Source: Candidatus Zhuqueibacterota bacterium
GTDB lineage: Bacteria > Zhuqueibacterota > Zhuqueibacteria > Thermofontimicrobiales > Thermofontimicrobiaceae
Direction of reading: 5' to 3'
DNA: 64,000 nucleotides
NCBI GenBank assembly: GCA_034505795.1
Contig: JAPDQM010000001.1
Location: 6,094-70,093, forward strand
Shown: positions 1 through 9,025 of the stretch, one piece after another
Layout of the letters: the number at the start of each line of letters is the position of its first letter
How positions within the stretch are numbered: position 1 is the stretch's first letter
Translations under genes and position numbers: made by a program
The notes under the pieces: model-generated
The model's input: the letters and a program-made list of their open reading frames with translations, nothing else
Told to the model about the DNA's origin: nothing
Databases searched by the model: none

Positions 1-652
1 ATTGTATCTCGGTCTTCATGGATTCCTGAATCAGGCGACTTTGGGGCGCAGCGAATTCTTCACTGCTGAGTTTGTCGATCAGCGACAAGCTTTCTTCTGA
101 TGGCCGCGTAGAATCTTCCAGCCATAATTCTCGTCCCCAATACATCATATTTTTGGCCAAAAAATCCGAGGAAATTTTCATTTTGGCCGCCACTTCCTCC
201 AGCTCGGGCGTACGGCCCAGTGCTTGCTCAAGCTCCTCCACGATCGAGACCACTTTCTGGAGTGCCCAGATATGATTGATCGGCAGCCGCACCATTCTCG
301 AATGATTCGCGAGCGCTCGCAGGATGGCCTGGCGAATCCACCACACCGCATAAGAAATAAACTTAATGCCTCGCTCCGCATCAAAGCGGCGAGCGGCTTC
401 CAGCAATCCCATATTGCCCTCGCTGATGAGTTCATCCAGCGGTAGGCCGCGGTCCTGGTATTCACGGGCGATAAAAACAACAAATCTGAGATTCGCATTC
501 ACCAACCGTGCCAGGGCCTGGCTATCGCCCTGGCTGATCCGTTTGGCCAACGAACGCTCTTCTTTTGGGGGTAATAATGGGATCTTTTCAATATCCCGTA
601 AATATTTCGCTAAAATATCACTTGATTTTCTTTCTTCGGTAGGATTTTTCAC
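1..652 (-). CDS. RNA polymerase sigma factor, sigma-70 family (primary-like; 3' end of gene lies beyond window start)
   Basis: Reverse-strand translation from GTG at 650-652 reads VKNPTEERKSSDILAKYLRDIEKIPLL...LVNANLRFVVFIAREYQ...DLISEGNMGLLEAARRFDAERGIKFISYAVWWIRQAI. This matches sigma-70 regions 1.2 and 2.1-2.4. An in-frame TAA lies upstream at 668-670. The frame stays open to position 1. The six-frame track ORFs 178..498(-) and 366..671(+) are in other frames/strand. Confidence 0.8.
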   Translation of the reverse strand, partial: MKNPTEERKSSDILAKYLRDIEKIPLLPPKEERSLAKRISQGDSQALARLVNANLRFVVFIAREYQDRGLPLDELISEGNMGLLEAARRFDAERGIKFISYAVWWIRQAILRALANHSRMVRLPINHIWALQKVVSIVEELEQALGRTPELEEVAAKMKISSDFLAKNMMYWGRELWLEDSTRPSEESLSLIDKLSSEEFAAPQSRLIQESMKTEIQ

Positions 653-953
653 GGTGCACCCCGATTTTTAGATATTCAAATAGCCCCGATGATTGAACGA
701 GTTACTTTCGAAATGATTGAGCTACGTTTGGTTGGAAATATTGATGAAATCATCCTCCAGGTTCTACCTGCCCTACCTGGTATCCTTGTTGTAGGCTCAA
801 TGGTGCACGTGCGATAAGGATGGTTCAAGAGCAGCAACTTTGGATCACAACAAAAATTCTTTGAAAAGAGCGTACAGTTAAATCATTTGAAAGCTGACTA
901 CCATCATTTAGAAAATGGTTACGATTTCTGGAATCATAAAAGATTTCTGTTAT

Positions 954-1799
954 CTAGATCTTATAGGTCGCACCCTCCGCTGCGGCATCAAGCTTCATGG
1001 GACTTTGCAAGCGATCCCTTTTTTGGCGATATTGCTCGATGATTTGATCGATCTCTTCGTCGGAACGATCGGGCTCGTGATGGAAAAAGATGAGGTGTTT
1101 GGCGTTGGCCTCTAATCCGAGCTGGAACACCTGTTCATAGGATGAATGCCCGAATCCGGTGGTCTCCAGCATTTCTTCTTGCAAATATTGCGCATCATGA
1201 ATCAACACATCCGCATCGCGACAAAAGTCGATAAAATCGTGCCAGGACGTTTGAGCCGAATTGTTGCCAGGCATGAGTTCATTGTCGGTGATGAAAACCA
1301 GCCGTTTGTTCGCCTCTTCTATTCGAAAACCATAAGACGCGCCGGGATGATTGTTTCGAATGAATGACAAATGGGCATTTTTTACCCATTCTTCGAGATG
1401 CTGGATTTCCTCGAACGAAATATTGGCCTTGAGATCATGGAAATTCACTGGAAAATAGCTCGATTCCATCTGGCTGGTTAAAATTTCTTTCAATTTATTG
1501 AAAGCAGGGGGACAACCAAAGATTTTAATCGCTACTTTTTCAGAATAGGCCGGCAAAAAAAAAGGAAATCCCTGAATATGATCCCAGTGCGAATGCGTTA
1601 GGAACAGGTGAATTGCGCCGTTCCGGTGATTCTGGACGATCGAATTTCCCAATTTGCGGATACCTGTGCCGGCATCAAAAATAACCAGTGTACCATCGCT
1701 TAGGGTCAACTCCAAACAGGTTGTATTTCCCCCAAATTTCACGGTGCTCAAGCCTGGAGAAGGAATAGAACCACGGGTGCCCCAAAATCTCAGAATCAA
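954..1799 (-). CDS. MBL-fold metallo-hydrolase
   Basis: Carries the HSHWDH (HxHxDH) zinc-binding motif and later His/Asp residues. TTG start at 1797-1799 is preceded by GAGGAGG at the right spacing. Confidence 0.75.
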   Translation of the reverse strand: MILRFWGTRGSIPSPGLSTVKFGGNTTCLELTLSDGTLVIFDAGTGIRKLGNSIVQNHRNGAIHLFLTHSHWDHIQGFPFFLPAYSEKVAIKIFGCPPAFNKLKEILTSQMESSYFPVNFHDLKANISFEEIQHLEEWVKNAHLSFIRNNHPGASYGFRIEEANKRLVFITDNELMPGNNSAQTSWHDFIDFCRDADVLIHDAQYLQEEMLETTGFGHSSYEQVFQLGLEANAKHLIFFHHEPDRSDEEIDQIIEQYRQKRDRLQSPMKLDAAAEGATYKI

Positions 1800-2742
1800 T
1801 TTCTACACCTCCTCATTGAAACAAATCGATTTGCATGGTGCCTTAAAAAAAATCAGTCACGAATATTTGTTGGTGATAAATAATCTGTTATTGATGAATA
1901 AATGCATACTTCAACACAACTATATCCTTTTGCATCTAATATAAATCAGCTTAACTCCGGATTTGTGTCGAAAATCACAGAACCAGGGATTATAATAATC
2001 AAATCTGGGTTGAATGTCAAATATTTTTTGTCGGATTACAAAATCTTTATATCAAAAAATTAGCGGACAGCCTCGGTTCGAAGACTCAAAAAAAGCAATG
2101 CTTCTTTAATTTTATTTTAGGCTTAACGATGCATATCTTTTCGCCTTGCCAATATCAAATTAGAAACACTATATCATCCCTGGTGAACTTCGTTGTCAGA
2201 CAGAATTTTCATTGCATCTTGTGATGATTATCCATTGATTCGATCTTAGTGCCTGCTTTATGATCTTTTGGATTACTGGCGCCGGCGCAATCTATGATTT
2301 TTTCGCTGAACTGTCAGGCTGGATGTAATCTGGCACCATAGCGCCAGATGGACAACTTTTTGCCAGTATCAAATCGATAATCAAAAGGGATTATTCCTGG
2401 TAGTATTGTCTCCCGCAGCCGCAGCCTTTTCGATACGAGCACTTGAGATCGCCTTGCTGCAGAAGAGGCTGACTGTCGAGGATTCTGTCGGTCCGTGGAG
2501 AAAGAGAATTACATTCATGACAAGCAAATGTTAAAAGCAAGCTGGCAGTGATGGAGAATCAACCACTAAAAAGAAGTCTTAAATCAGCCCAGGAAATGCC
2601 GGGATCGATTAAAGAAAGAATCAGGCGGCGCGTTTTTCGATGCGGCAGCCACATCTTTCGGAACTGCTATGACTTTGATTCCCGTCTCATTTTCCGCTAC
2701 TGGTCTATTAGAGCGTCCCATCATTGAATGCAGGGTAACAGC

Positions 2743-3072
2743 TTAGAAAGCAATGATATGATCTGCGTCGGCCGCCGCCAAATAAAAGTCATTAATACTT
2801 CCCATTTTGGCTTCTTCAAAGATCATGTTATGAATTTTGCGTACTTTCGTTGATTGATTGCAGGCAAATACCGCCAAGGCACCGCTGGCGCAAGCGGCTT
2901 TCAGTTTTTTAAGGATGCGATTACCCTTGATCAAATGATAGATCCCATCATCGACGAAAAATAAGGCGATCAATTTAATTTCCTGGTTGCCTGGTTCGAG
3001 TGCTGCCAGCAAATTATCTTCCAATAACTCAGCCGACAATTCATGAGTGATGATATAAGCAAACTTTTTCAT
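2743..3072 (-). CDS. DsrE/DsrF-like family protein
   Basis: 109 aa with length and conserved Cys placement typical of the DsrE/YchN fold. RBS AAGGAGGG sits upstream on the minus strand (3078-3085). Confidence 0.6.
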   Translation of the reverse strand: MKKFAYIITHELSAELLEDNLLAALEPGNQEIKLIALFFVDDGIYHLIKGNRILKKLKAACASGALAVFACNQSTKVRKIHNMIFEEAKMGSINDFYLAAADADHIIAF

Positions 3073-3854
3073 GATTCCCTCCTTGATTCGTAGAAGCTGT
3101 TTGCCGTGATAAACGCTATGATACTAAAAAAAATTCGATGTTGCTTCATCGTAAGAAAAATATGGCTATCGTTGCGTTATTAAAAAAAACTTTTGAATGA
3201 AAGCCGAATATTTAATGATATGAGGTTGAAAATGTTCCTTCATATAAGATTTTGAAAATAGTTTTCGTAACTTTATTATTGAAAAATGCATTTTTCAAAT
3301 TGCAATCGTTGTTGCATTTAAGCTTGGGATTAGAAACAAGGCGAGCTGAGTGATCGCAGATTTCAAGCTTAAGACTTGGCCTTGCCGCCAGCGAAACTGC
3401 GATCATTGACTCTTGGGCAGCGTGACAAATCATCTTCGGGGCTAGTGGGCATCAAAACGGAGAAGCAATTTCTAACCGAACACGGGGCAACTTAGACCTG
3501 CCATTCCGGATATGATTGTAATGATGGTAATCATGCAATTCGTTGGCCGTTGCCAGTGGCGTAACAGATTGGTCTCTCGGTTGATCAATGGATGAAAAGC
3601 GATGGCAGTTTTTTCGAAATCTGAAAATTAATAAAATTTAATTAATCCTCGATGCTGTGACGATTGCTTCGGTGCAGCATTAAAAAAGCAGATTACCAAT
3701 TCAGAATTTTATTTTGATTCAGATAACTACTTTAATATAAAATCACTAAACGATGTACTACCAAAACAGTGGGGCTTAAAAATTTGAGTTGTAGTGGTCT
3801 CGGGATTGGTCAGCTAAAAATTATTATCAATTTTCAGCCGAAATAATTTTTTTG

Positions 3855-3883
3855 TTGACATTTACGATAAAAATTTGTATCAT
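3855..3883 (+). promoter_or_regulatory. sigma70-type promoter TTGACA-17nt-TATCAT upstream of HU gene
   Basis: Consensus -35 TTGACA at 3855-3860, a 17-nt spacer, and TATCAT at 3878-3883, about 60 nt upstream of the hup start. Confidence 0.5.
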
Positions 3884-3944
3884 TATTCAAATTTTTAAAT
3901 CGCGGATTCATTAAATTTGTACTTTACCATTGAGGAGGCAAAAG

Positions 3945-4220
3945 ATGACGAAAGCAGAGCTTATTGATAAAGTAGCCGCTGTCGAAGGTATCCCTTCAAA
4001 GAAAGTGGCTGGCGAAGCTGTCGACGCAGTATTCGAAGCCGTGAAAAAGGCTTTGGCCAAGGGCGATTCGTTCACGGTGCAGGGCTTTGGGACTTTTAAG
4101 GTCCAGAAATATGCAGCCCGGACTGGGGTGAATCTGCAGACCAAAAAGAAAATCCAGATTCCGGCAACCAAGCGTCCCAAATTCGTTCCCAGCAAAGCTC
4201 TCAAAGATGCTGTGAAGTAA
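3945..4220 (+). CDS. hup: DNA-binding protein HU
   Basis: MTKAELIDKVA...VQGFGTFKV...R.GVN..T...I.IP..K.P.F is the classic HU/IHF signature. GAGGAGG RBS lies 6 nt upstream of the ATG at 3945. The track ORF starts at an in-frame TTG at 3930. Confidence 0.85.
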   Translation: MTKAELIDKVAAVEGIPSKKVAGEAVDAVFEAVKKALAKGDSFTVQGFGTFKVQKYAARTGVNLQTKKKIQIPATKRPKFVPSKALKDAVK

Positions 4221-4244
4221 GCTATGAAGAAGATCTAAAACGAT

Positions 4245-4285
4245 GGGACTCATCCCGCATTGGTGAGATGAGTCCCTTTTTTTTA
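4245..4285 (+). terminator. rho-independent terminator of hup
   Basis: Perfect 10-bp stem GGGACTCATC / GATGAGTCCC (4245-4254 / 4267-4276) followed by T8. Confidence 0.7.
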
Positions 4286-4331
4286 TTCAATTCATGATTT
4301 TTGTGGCAGCATATCAATTCGCGATCAATCC

Positions 4332-6668
4332 TCAAGAACGATACCACTCGGGGCCAGACATCCGCCACATGTAATTGGGATCAATATAGGGTTCGTCATT
4401 TTCCCGGCCTTGCATCAATTGTAGCCGCTTTTTCAGTAGTTCTCCAAAATTTTCACCGTGAATTAATGGCGTCTCGCCAACCTGAGAAATAACCATGAAA
4501 TCAACCGTTGATGATTCCCAAAGATTCAATAGTATTCGAGTGTTTTCGATTTCATCCAGCACTGCTTCCTTGACCAACTGTCGCCGAGCTTGTTTGATTT
4601 TGTCGTCCGGGTTTTCGAGAAAGCCGTGTACGCCGGCGATCCAGGCTGCGATGTTGCGATGGGTACGAAACCAGCAGCGAAGCGCAATTAGCCGATCGCG
4701 CTGATCGACAAAAAGACGATAGGCACTATCGTCTGTGGATATTTTGGCTAATACCCGATTGTAAATCGCCAGAGCTTGATCGATCAGAGACCACATCTTT
4801 TGATCCATGCGCTGCATCGCTAACAGACAGCGCTCTGGATCGGTGAGGTCAAATAGGACGTCCTTCATCAGGTCCACCATAGCCGGATTGTGCGGCGGCG
4901 AAATCATGAAATCCTCGTAATAGGCGCGGTCAGCTTTCGGAATTGCCTCGATGTTTGGCACCAGCGGTCGCACCCATAATCGCATCCAGGTGTGGCCCCA
5001 TAAAATGTACATCATCACCGGGATTGGAAACACGCGAATCGCTTGATCGGTGAGCCACCATGCTTCGACCAGATCTCCGGCCAATGACGTCCCGGCCCAT
5101 TTTTCAGCTATCTTCCGAATAACATTTTTAATATCGACAGAGGCATCGAGTTGAAATTCACGCCAGACTTCGTGATTGATGGACCAGGGCACCATGGTGG
5201 GCGGATTGATGCCGCCCATGCTGGCAAGGAAGCTGGCGCCTGTGTCGGCCAGTGCTTTCAATTTCTCATAAGTTAGCCATGGGGCTGGCGTGCCCAGCAG
5301 ACAGTCGAAGTTACTGACATTGCCATGTGCATAGACCACATGAGTGCGACAATCCTTCTGCGCTAGCCTATCCATTTCCGGTTTCTCTTTGGGATCGAAG
5401 GAGTTATGATAAATAGTGCCCATAACTTCGGTTACATCGTGGTACAGGGGATGGTGATAAGGGCTATCCCAGCCTTTGCTTAGCAGGGTTGCCACTTCCA
5501 CGTCCAGGCCATTGCCAATCTCGCGATCGATGACGTGGCGTTCTGCGGACAGTGCCTCCAGGCGGCTGATCACCCGAAATTCGGGATTAATTTGTCGGGC
5601 AGTATCTCGGAGCAGTTTCAGGAAGCGCATGATATTTTCGCCAGCACGATTGGCAATTTCTTCGTTGGACTTCCATTCCCGAATCAGATAAGCGCCTCCA
5701 TTCCGCCCGACATAAAGAGTGCTGGTATATTCAAAACCGGCGCCACTGTCATTGGTCCAGATCGAAATGTAGCCAAGCTCTGGTACTTCGTGCATCAATT
5801 TGGCCATCATTTCAGCGTAATGCTCTCGCACTGCCGGATGGGCTAATGTCAGATTGAAGCGAGGTTTGAGGCTACGGAAAGGATGATCGACGCGTGCTCC
5901 GCGAAGCATGGGATAGCGGTTTAGCAATTCATCGGGCACGTTGCGTGGCTCGAAGCACAGAAGCCCCGGCGTTAGCCCATATTTTAGTGCCAAAGCGGCG
6001 TTATTTTTTAGCAGGTTTAAATTCGCCTGGAGATAAACAGATGGATAGATGCCCTGATTCAGCCGGCTGTCGACAAATTGATCCAGTGCCGCACAATAAT
6101 TATAGAAATGGGGATAGACTTCGTCAGGCACGCCCTGCTCGTATGGCATGGGAGTGGCCAGACAATTGACCTCGATATGGGAGTAACCCAGCCGGGCGCA
6201 TTCGCGAATGTATGCTTCGCGATCAAAGTGCCGCGCAGTTCGATATTGGTGAGCAAAGAAGATATCCATCAGCGAGCGTTGCCAGTTGAAGGTAGTTCTG
6301 GCTGACCAGCCATGTTGAAATTGTTGCACATCCAGGTGTTGAAAGTCATCGGCGATACGGCAAAATAAGCCGTAGAGCAAATGTGGTTTTGAGGTGACCA
6401 ATTCGCCATTCCCAGCCTCATCCAATTGAAAAAACATCCAATCATTTTCGCTGCTATCCGGCATGGCGATGGGCGGCCCGAATTTTTCATCGGCAATGGA
6501 AATGCGGAGGACGTGGTTCTTGGCGGCAGTCGGATGATTCAACGGCGTCAATTGGGCTTTGGTCGCGAATTGCCGTTGGATGGCTTCAGCTACGGTTTTT
6601 ACTACCGGTCGACATGTGGTGGCATACTCAATTCTCTCGATTTTTTTCAACGCGTCACTTAAAATCAT
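4332..6668 (-). CDS. large conserved hypothetical protein (778 aa); possible glycoside-hydrolase-like TIM-barrel enzyme, family not recognised
   Basis: Uninterrupted 2.3-kb ORF with normal GC. No signal peptide is obvious. Sequence features such as GYSHIEVN and WTNDSGAGFEY suggest an enzyme-like TIM barrel, but I cannot assign a family. Confidence 0.6.
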   Translation of the reverse strand: MILSDALKKIERIEYATTCRPVVKTVAEAIQRQFATKAQLTPLNHPTAAKNHVLRISIADEKFGPPIAMPDSSENDWMFFQLDEAGNGELVTSKPHLLYGLFCRIADDFQHLDVQQFQHGWSARTTFNWQRSLMDIFFAHQYRTARHFDREAYIRECARLGYSHIEVNCLATPMPYEQGVPDEVYPHFYNYCAALDQFVDSRLNQGIYPSVYLQANLNLLKNNAALALKYGLTPGLLCFEPRNVPDELLNRYPMLRGARVDHPFRSLKPRFNLTLAHPAVREHYAEMMAKLMHEVPELGYISIWTNDSGAGFEYTSTLYVGRNGGAYLIREWKSNEEIANRAGENIMRFLKLLRDTARQINPEFRVISRLEALSAERHVIDREIGNGLDVEVATLLSKGWDSPYHHPLYHDVTEVMGTIYHNSFDPKEKPEMDRLAQKDCRTHVVYAHGNVSNFDCLLGTPAPWLTYEKLKALADTGASFLASMGGINPPTMVPWSINHEVWREFQLDASVDIKNVIRKIAEKWAGTSLAGDLVEAWWLTDQAIRVFPIPVMMYILWGHTWMRLWVRPLVPNIEAIPKADRAYYEDFMISPPHNPAMVDLMKDVLFDLTDPERCLLAMQRMDQKMWSLIDQALAIYNRVLAKISTDDSAYRLFVDQRDRLIALRCWFRTHRNIAAWIAGVHGFLENPDDKIKQARRQLVKEAVLDEIENTRILLNLWESSTVDFMVISQVGETPLIHGENFGELLKKRLQLMQGRENDEPYIDPNYMWRMSGPEWYRS

Positions 6669-6696
6669 AAGTTCTCCTCGCTTCGATTAAATTCTT

Positions 6697-6725
6697 ATTG
6701 ACATTTAGATTGAGATGTTGTAAAT
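6697..6725 (+). promoter_or_regulatory. sigma70-type promoter TTGACA-17-TAAATT upstream of cdaA
   Basis: TTGACA at 6697-6702, a 17-nt spacer, and TAAATT at 6720-6725. Confidence 0.4.
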
Positions 6726-6765
6726 TGATTTATGCAACAAAAAAGTTAATGAATCTTCCATTTAA

Positions 6766-8250
6766 ATGCAAGCGATTTGTTTCTGGGATATGGACATTTT
6801 TTCGTTACAGATTCAGACGATCCGCGCGATGCTGGATTGGCGAGTTTCTTTGGATATATTTTTCCTGACCATTCTTATTTTTTTCTTATACCAAAACTTG
6901 CGTACGGCGGGCACCTGGAAGATCGTGCTGGGAATCATGTTTGCGGCGGCGATATTTGCGGCCGCTAGATTTTTGAATTTGAAAGGGATCGAGTGGATTT
7001 ATTCCAATCTGAGCCAGATTTTGCTGCTGGCGCTGGTGATCATCTTTCAGCCCGAGTTGCGCAGGATTTTTGAACGGATGGCTTCACTGCAGCGCCGGGA
7101 TATCGGCAGCGCAGCATCACAATTGGCTTTCATTATCAGCGATGCGGCGTTCAGCTTAGCGCAACAACACCGCGGGGCATTAATTGTGCTACCAGGCAAA
7201 GACTCGGTCAAGGCCTGGACCTCCGAGGGGATTCAACTGGATGCAAAGCTCAGCTTTCCGCTGCTGATGAGCATTTTCGATCCCCATTCGCCCGGCCATG
7301 ATGGCGCAGTGATTATCGAAAATGGCAGAGCGACGGCATTTTCGGTCAAATTGCCGCTGTCCAAATCTTCGGTATTATCCGAGGAATATGGCACACGTCA
7401 CCACGCAGGGTTGGGTTTGTCAGAGGTGACGGATGCCTTTGTTATTACGGTTTCGGAGGAGCGAGGCACCGTAACCGTTTTCTCGCAGGGGGCAGTGGAA
7501 AAAATTGCCAGCAAAAACATATTGAGCGCCCAAATAAGTAACCACTGGAAAAATACTGCGGCGCACTTCCTGATCAGTCCAACGGAACCACGCAAGCGGA
7601 TTCTAATTGCTCGACTGGCAATTAGCTTTTTGCTGGCGTTCTTTTTCTGGTCGACAGTGGTGTTAAGCCAGAGCACACTTAAGCGGGTGTTTTTTACAAT
7701 ACCCATCGATTACTCGGGATTGCCCAAAAATTTGGTGCTCAATAATGAAAAAATGACTGACATCCGAATCGGCCTTATTGGCTCCAGCGTAGATCTGAAT
7801 AATGTCCATGCGCAACAGATCAGGGTTCACGTGGATCTATCGAAATTGATGCCGGGAAGAAATATTGTCCATCTTTCAGAAAAAAATGTTGACCTGCCGC
7901 CTGGTGTCAAATTGATCAGCATCGTGCCGGCCACACTGGAATTTGACTTGATGCAAATAACCGAGACCGACGCCAATGTCATTGCTCAAATCATCGGCAA
8001 TTTTCCTCGGAGCGTCGCGTTGGATACTATTCGAATTTCACCGCAGCGCATCCGCGTCATGGTACCAGTGGATGAGGCGAGCGACACTCCGGTAGTGTTA
8101 CAAACGACACCAATCTATGCGGAGAGCATCCGTGAAAACATGGTGATTCGTTGTCACGTCGTTGCTCCCCCTCAAATTCGTCCAGCGAATGGAGGCTGGC
8201 CAATTATTGAAGTACACATCTTGCTTAAACAAAGCGAACAGGGGAGATGA
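6766..8250 (+). CDS. cdaA: diadenylate cyclase CdaA fused to CdaR/YbbR-like domains
   Basis: N-terminal TM helices are followed by a DAC domain (HSPGHDGAVII...GTRHHAGLGLSEVTDAFVITVSEERGTV). A further TM helix and about 230 aa of YbbR-type repeats (IPIDYSGLPKN..., VHVDLSKL...) follow in the same ORF. Confidence 0.75.
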   Translation: MQAICFWDMDIFSLQIQTIRAMLDWRVSLDIFFLTILIFFLYQNLRTAGTWKIVLGIMFAAAIFAAARFLNLKGIEWIYSNLSQILLLALVIIFQPELRRIFERMASLQRRDIGSAASQLAFIISDAAFSLAQQHRGALIVLPGKDSVKAWTSEGIQLDAKLSFPLLMSIFDPHSPGHDGAVIIENGRATAFSVKLPLSKSSVLSEEYGTRHHAGLGLSEVTDAFVITVSEERGTVTVFSQGAVEKIASKNILSAQISNHWKNTAAHFLISPTEPRKRILIARLAISFLLAFFFWSTVVLSQSTLKRVFFTIPIDYSGLPKNLVLNNEKMTDIRIGLIGSSVDLNNVHAQQIRVHVDLSKLMPGRNIVHLSEKNVDLPPGVKLISIVPATLEFDLMQITETDANVIAQIIGNFPRSVALDTIRISPQRIRVMVPVDEASDTPVVLQTTPIYAESIRENMVIRCHVVAPPQIRPANGGWPIIEVHILLKQSEQGR

Positions 8251-8507
8251 CAAAACCAACAATGTGGGCCTGAAGAAGGCCTTATTGATGTCCAACAGAG
8301 TGGCGGATATAGAGCCCGAACGGGATAATCTGCTGCCGCTGCCAGCGATTGCATGTTTGGGGGTTCAGTCCAGTGCAAATGGGCGATTATGATATAGACG
8401 GCTGCTGTAATGCGAGTTTAAAAACGTAAATTCTCAATGGCTGATATGATTACTTATTGTTGATGGTTTTGCTCGATTGTCAACTCGGAGACACAGAGGG
8501 TACCTGT

Positions 8508-8696
8508 ATGAAAGCCAAAACCGTTGTCATTATTGTGCTGGTGGTCCTGTTTCTCATTCTGCTGATTCAAAATGTGCAAGTGGTTTATCTGCGGTTTCTG
8601 TTTTGGAAAATCAGCATGTCCCGCATTGTGTTTTATCCATTGATTCTTTTGACCGGCTTTTTACTTGGATATATCACCGCTAAGATCAGGAAATAG
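8508..8696 (+). CDS. LapA/DUF1049-like small membrane protein
   Basis: 62 aa with a single hydrophobic helix and the N-Q-V pattern typical of LapA-family proteins. The track ORF starts earlier at 8457. Confidence 0.5.
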   Translation: MKAKTVVIIVLVVLFLILLIQNVQVVYLRFLFWKISMSRIVFYPLILLTGFLLGYITAKIRK

Positions 8697-9025
8697 GAAA
8701 TCGCTTGAGCGCTATGTTCTTTGACACCATGGCACTAGCGGCTGGAAGTGTGGCTGGCTCGTCGGCCGGCCGTCAGAAAAGGGAACTCTTTGGCGGTCGA
8801 ATCATTAAATTGCTTTCGAATTTTCATTATATCTGGCTGGATTTCAAGTAACCAGTGATTTTTTCGGTGGGGCTATGATTTGCTACTGCCGAAAAATGAG
8901 TTATTGCTGAGCGCTGGCTGATGTTGGGGAGAGAATGGGAGAGGATGATGGAAATCTAAATCCTCATGCGAGCAGGGATCCGTCAGAGGTGTGATAAAGA
9001 AAGCATTTATGATTCGAGGTGACAA

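Noticed and set aside
178-671. Track ORFs 178..498(-) and 366..671(+)
   Set aside because: The minus-strand frame read from GTG 650-652 gives a clean sigma-70 factor. These two ORFs are out-of-frame or antisense shadows of it.
1654-1944. 96-aa ORF in AT-rich spacer
   Set aside because: No RBS, Ile/Leu/Asn-rich AT-driven composition, and it overlaps the promoter region of the MBL hydrolase gene.
2061-2090. tRNA-like GGTTCGAAG T-loop motif
   Set aside because: No flanking T-stem or acceptor-stem complementarity. No tRNA could be built by eye anywhere in the window.
3432-3590. tmRNA-like GGGGCTAG... start
   Set aside because: No tag-peptide reading frame (…ANDENYALAA-like) and no tRNA-like 3' end, so it is not tmRNA.
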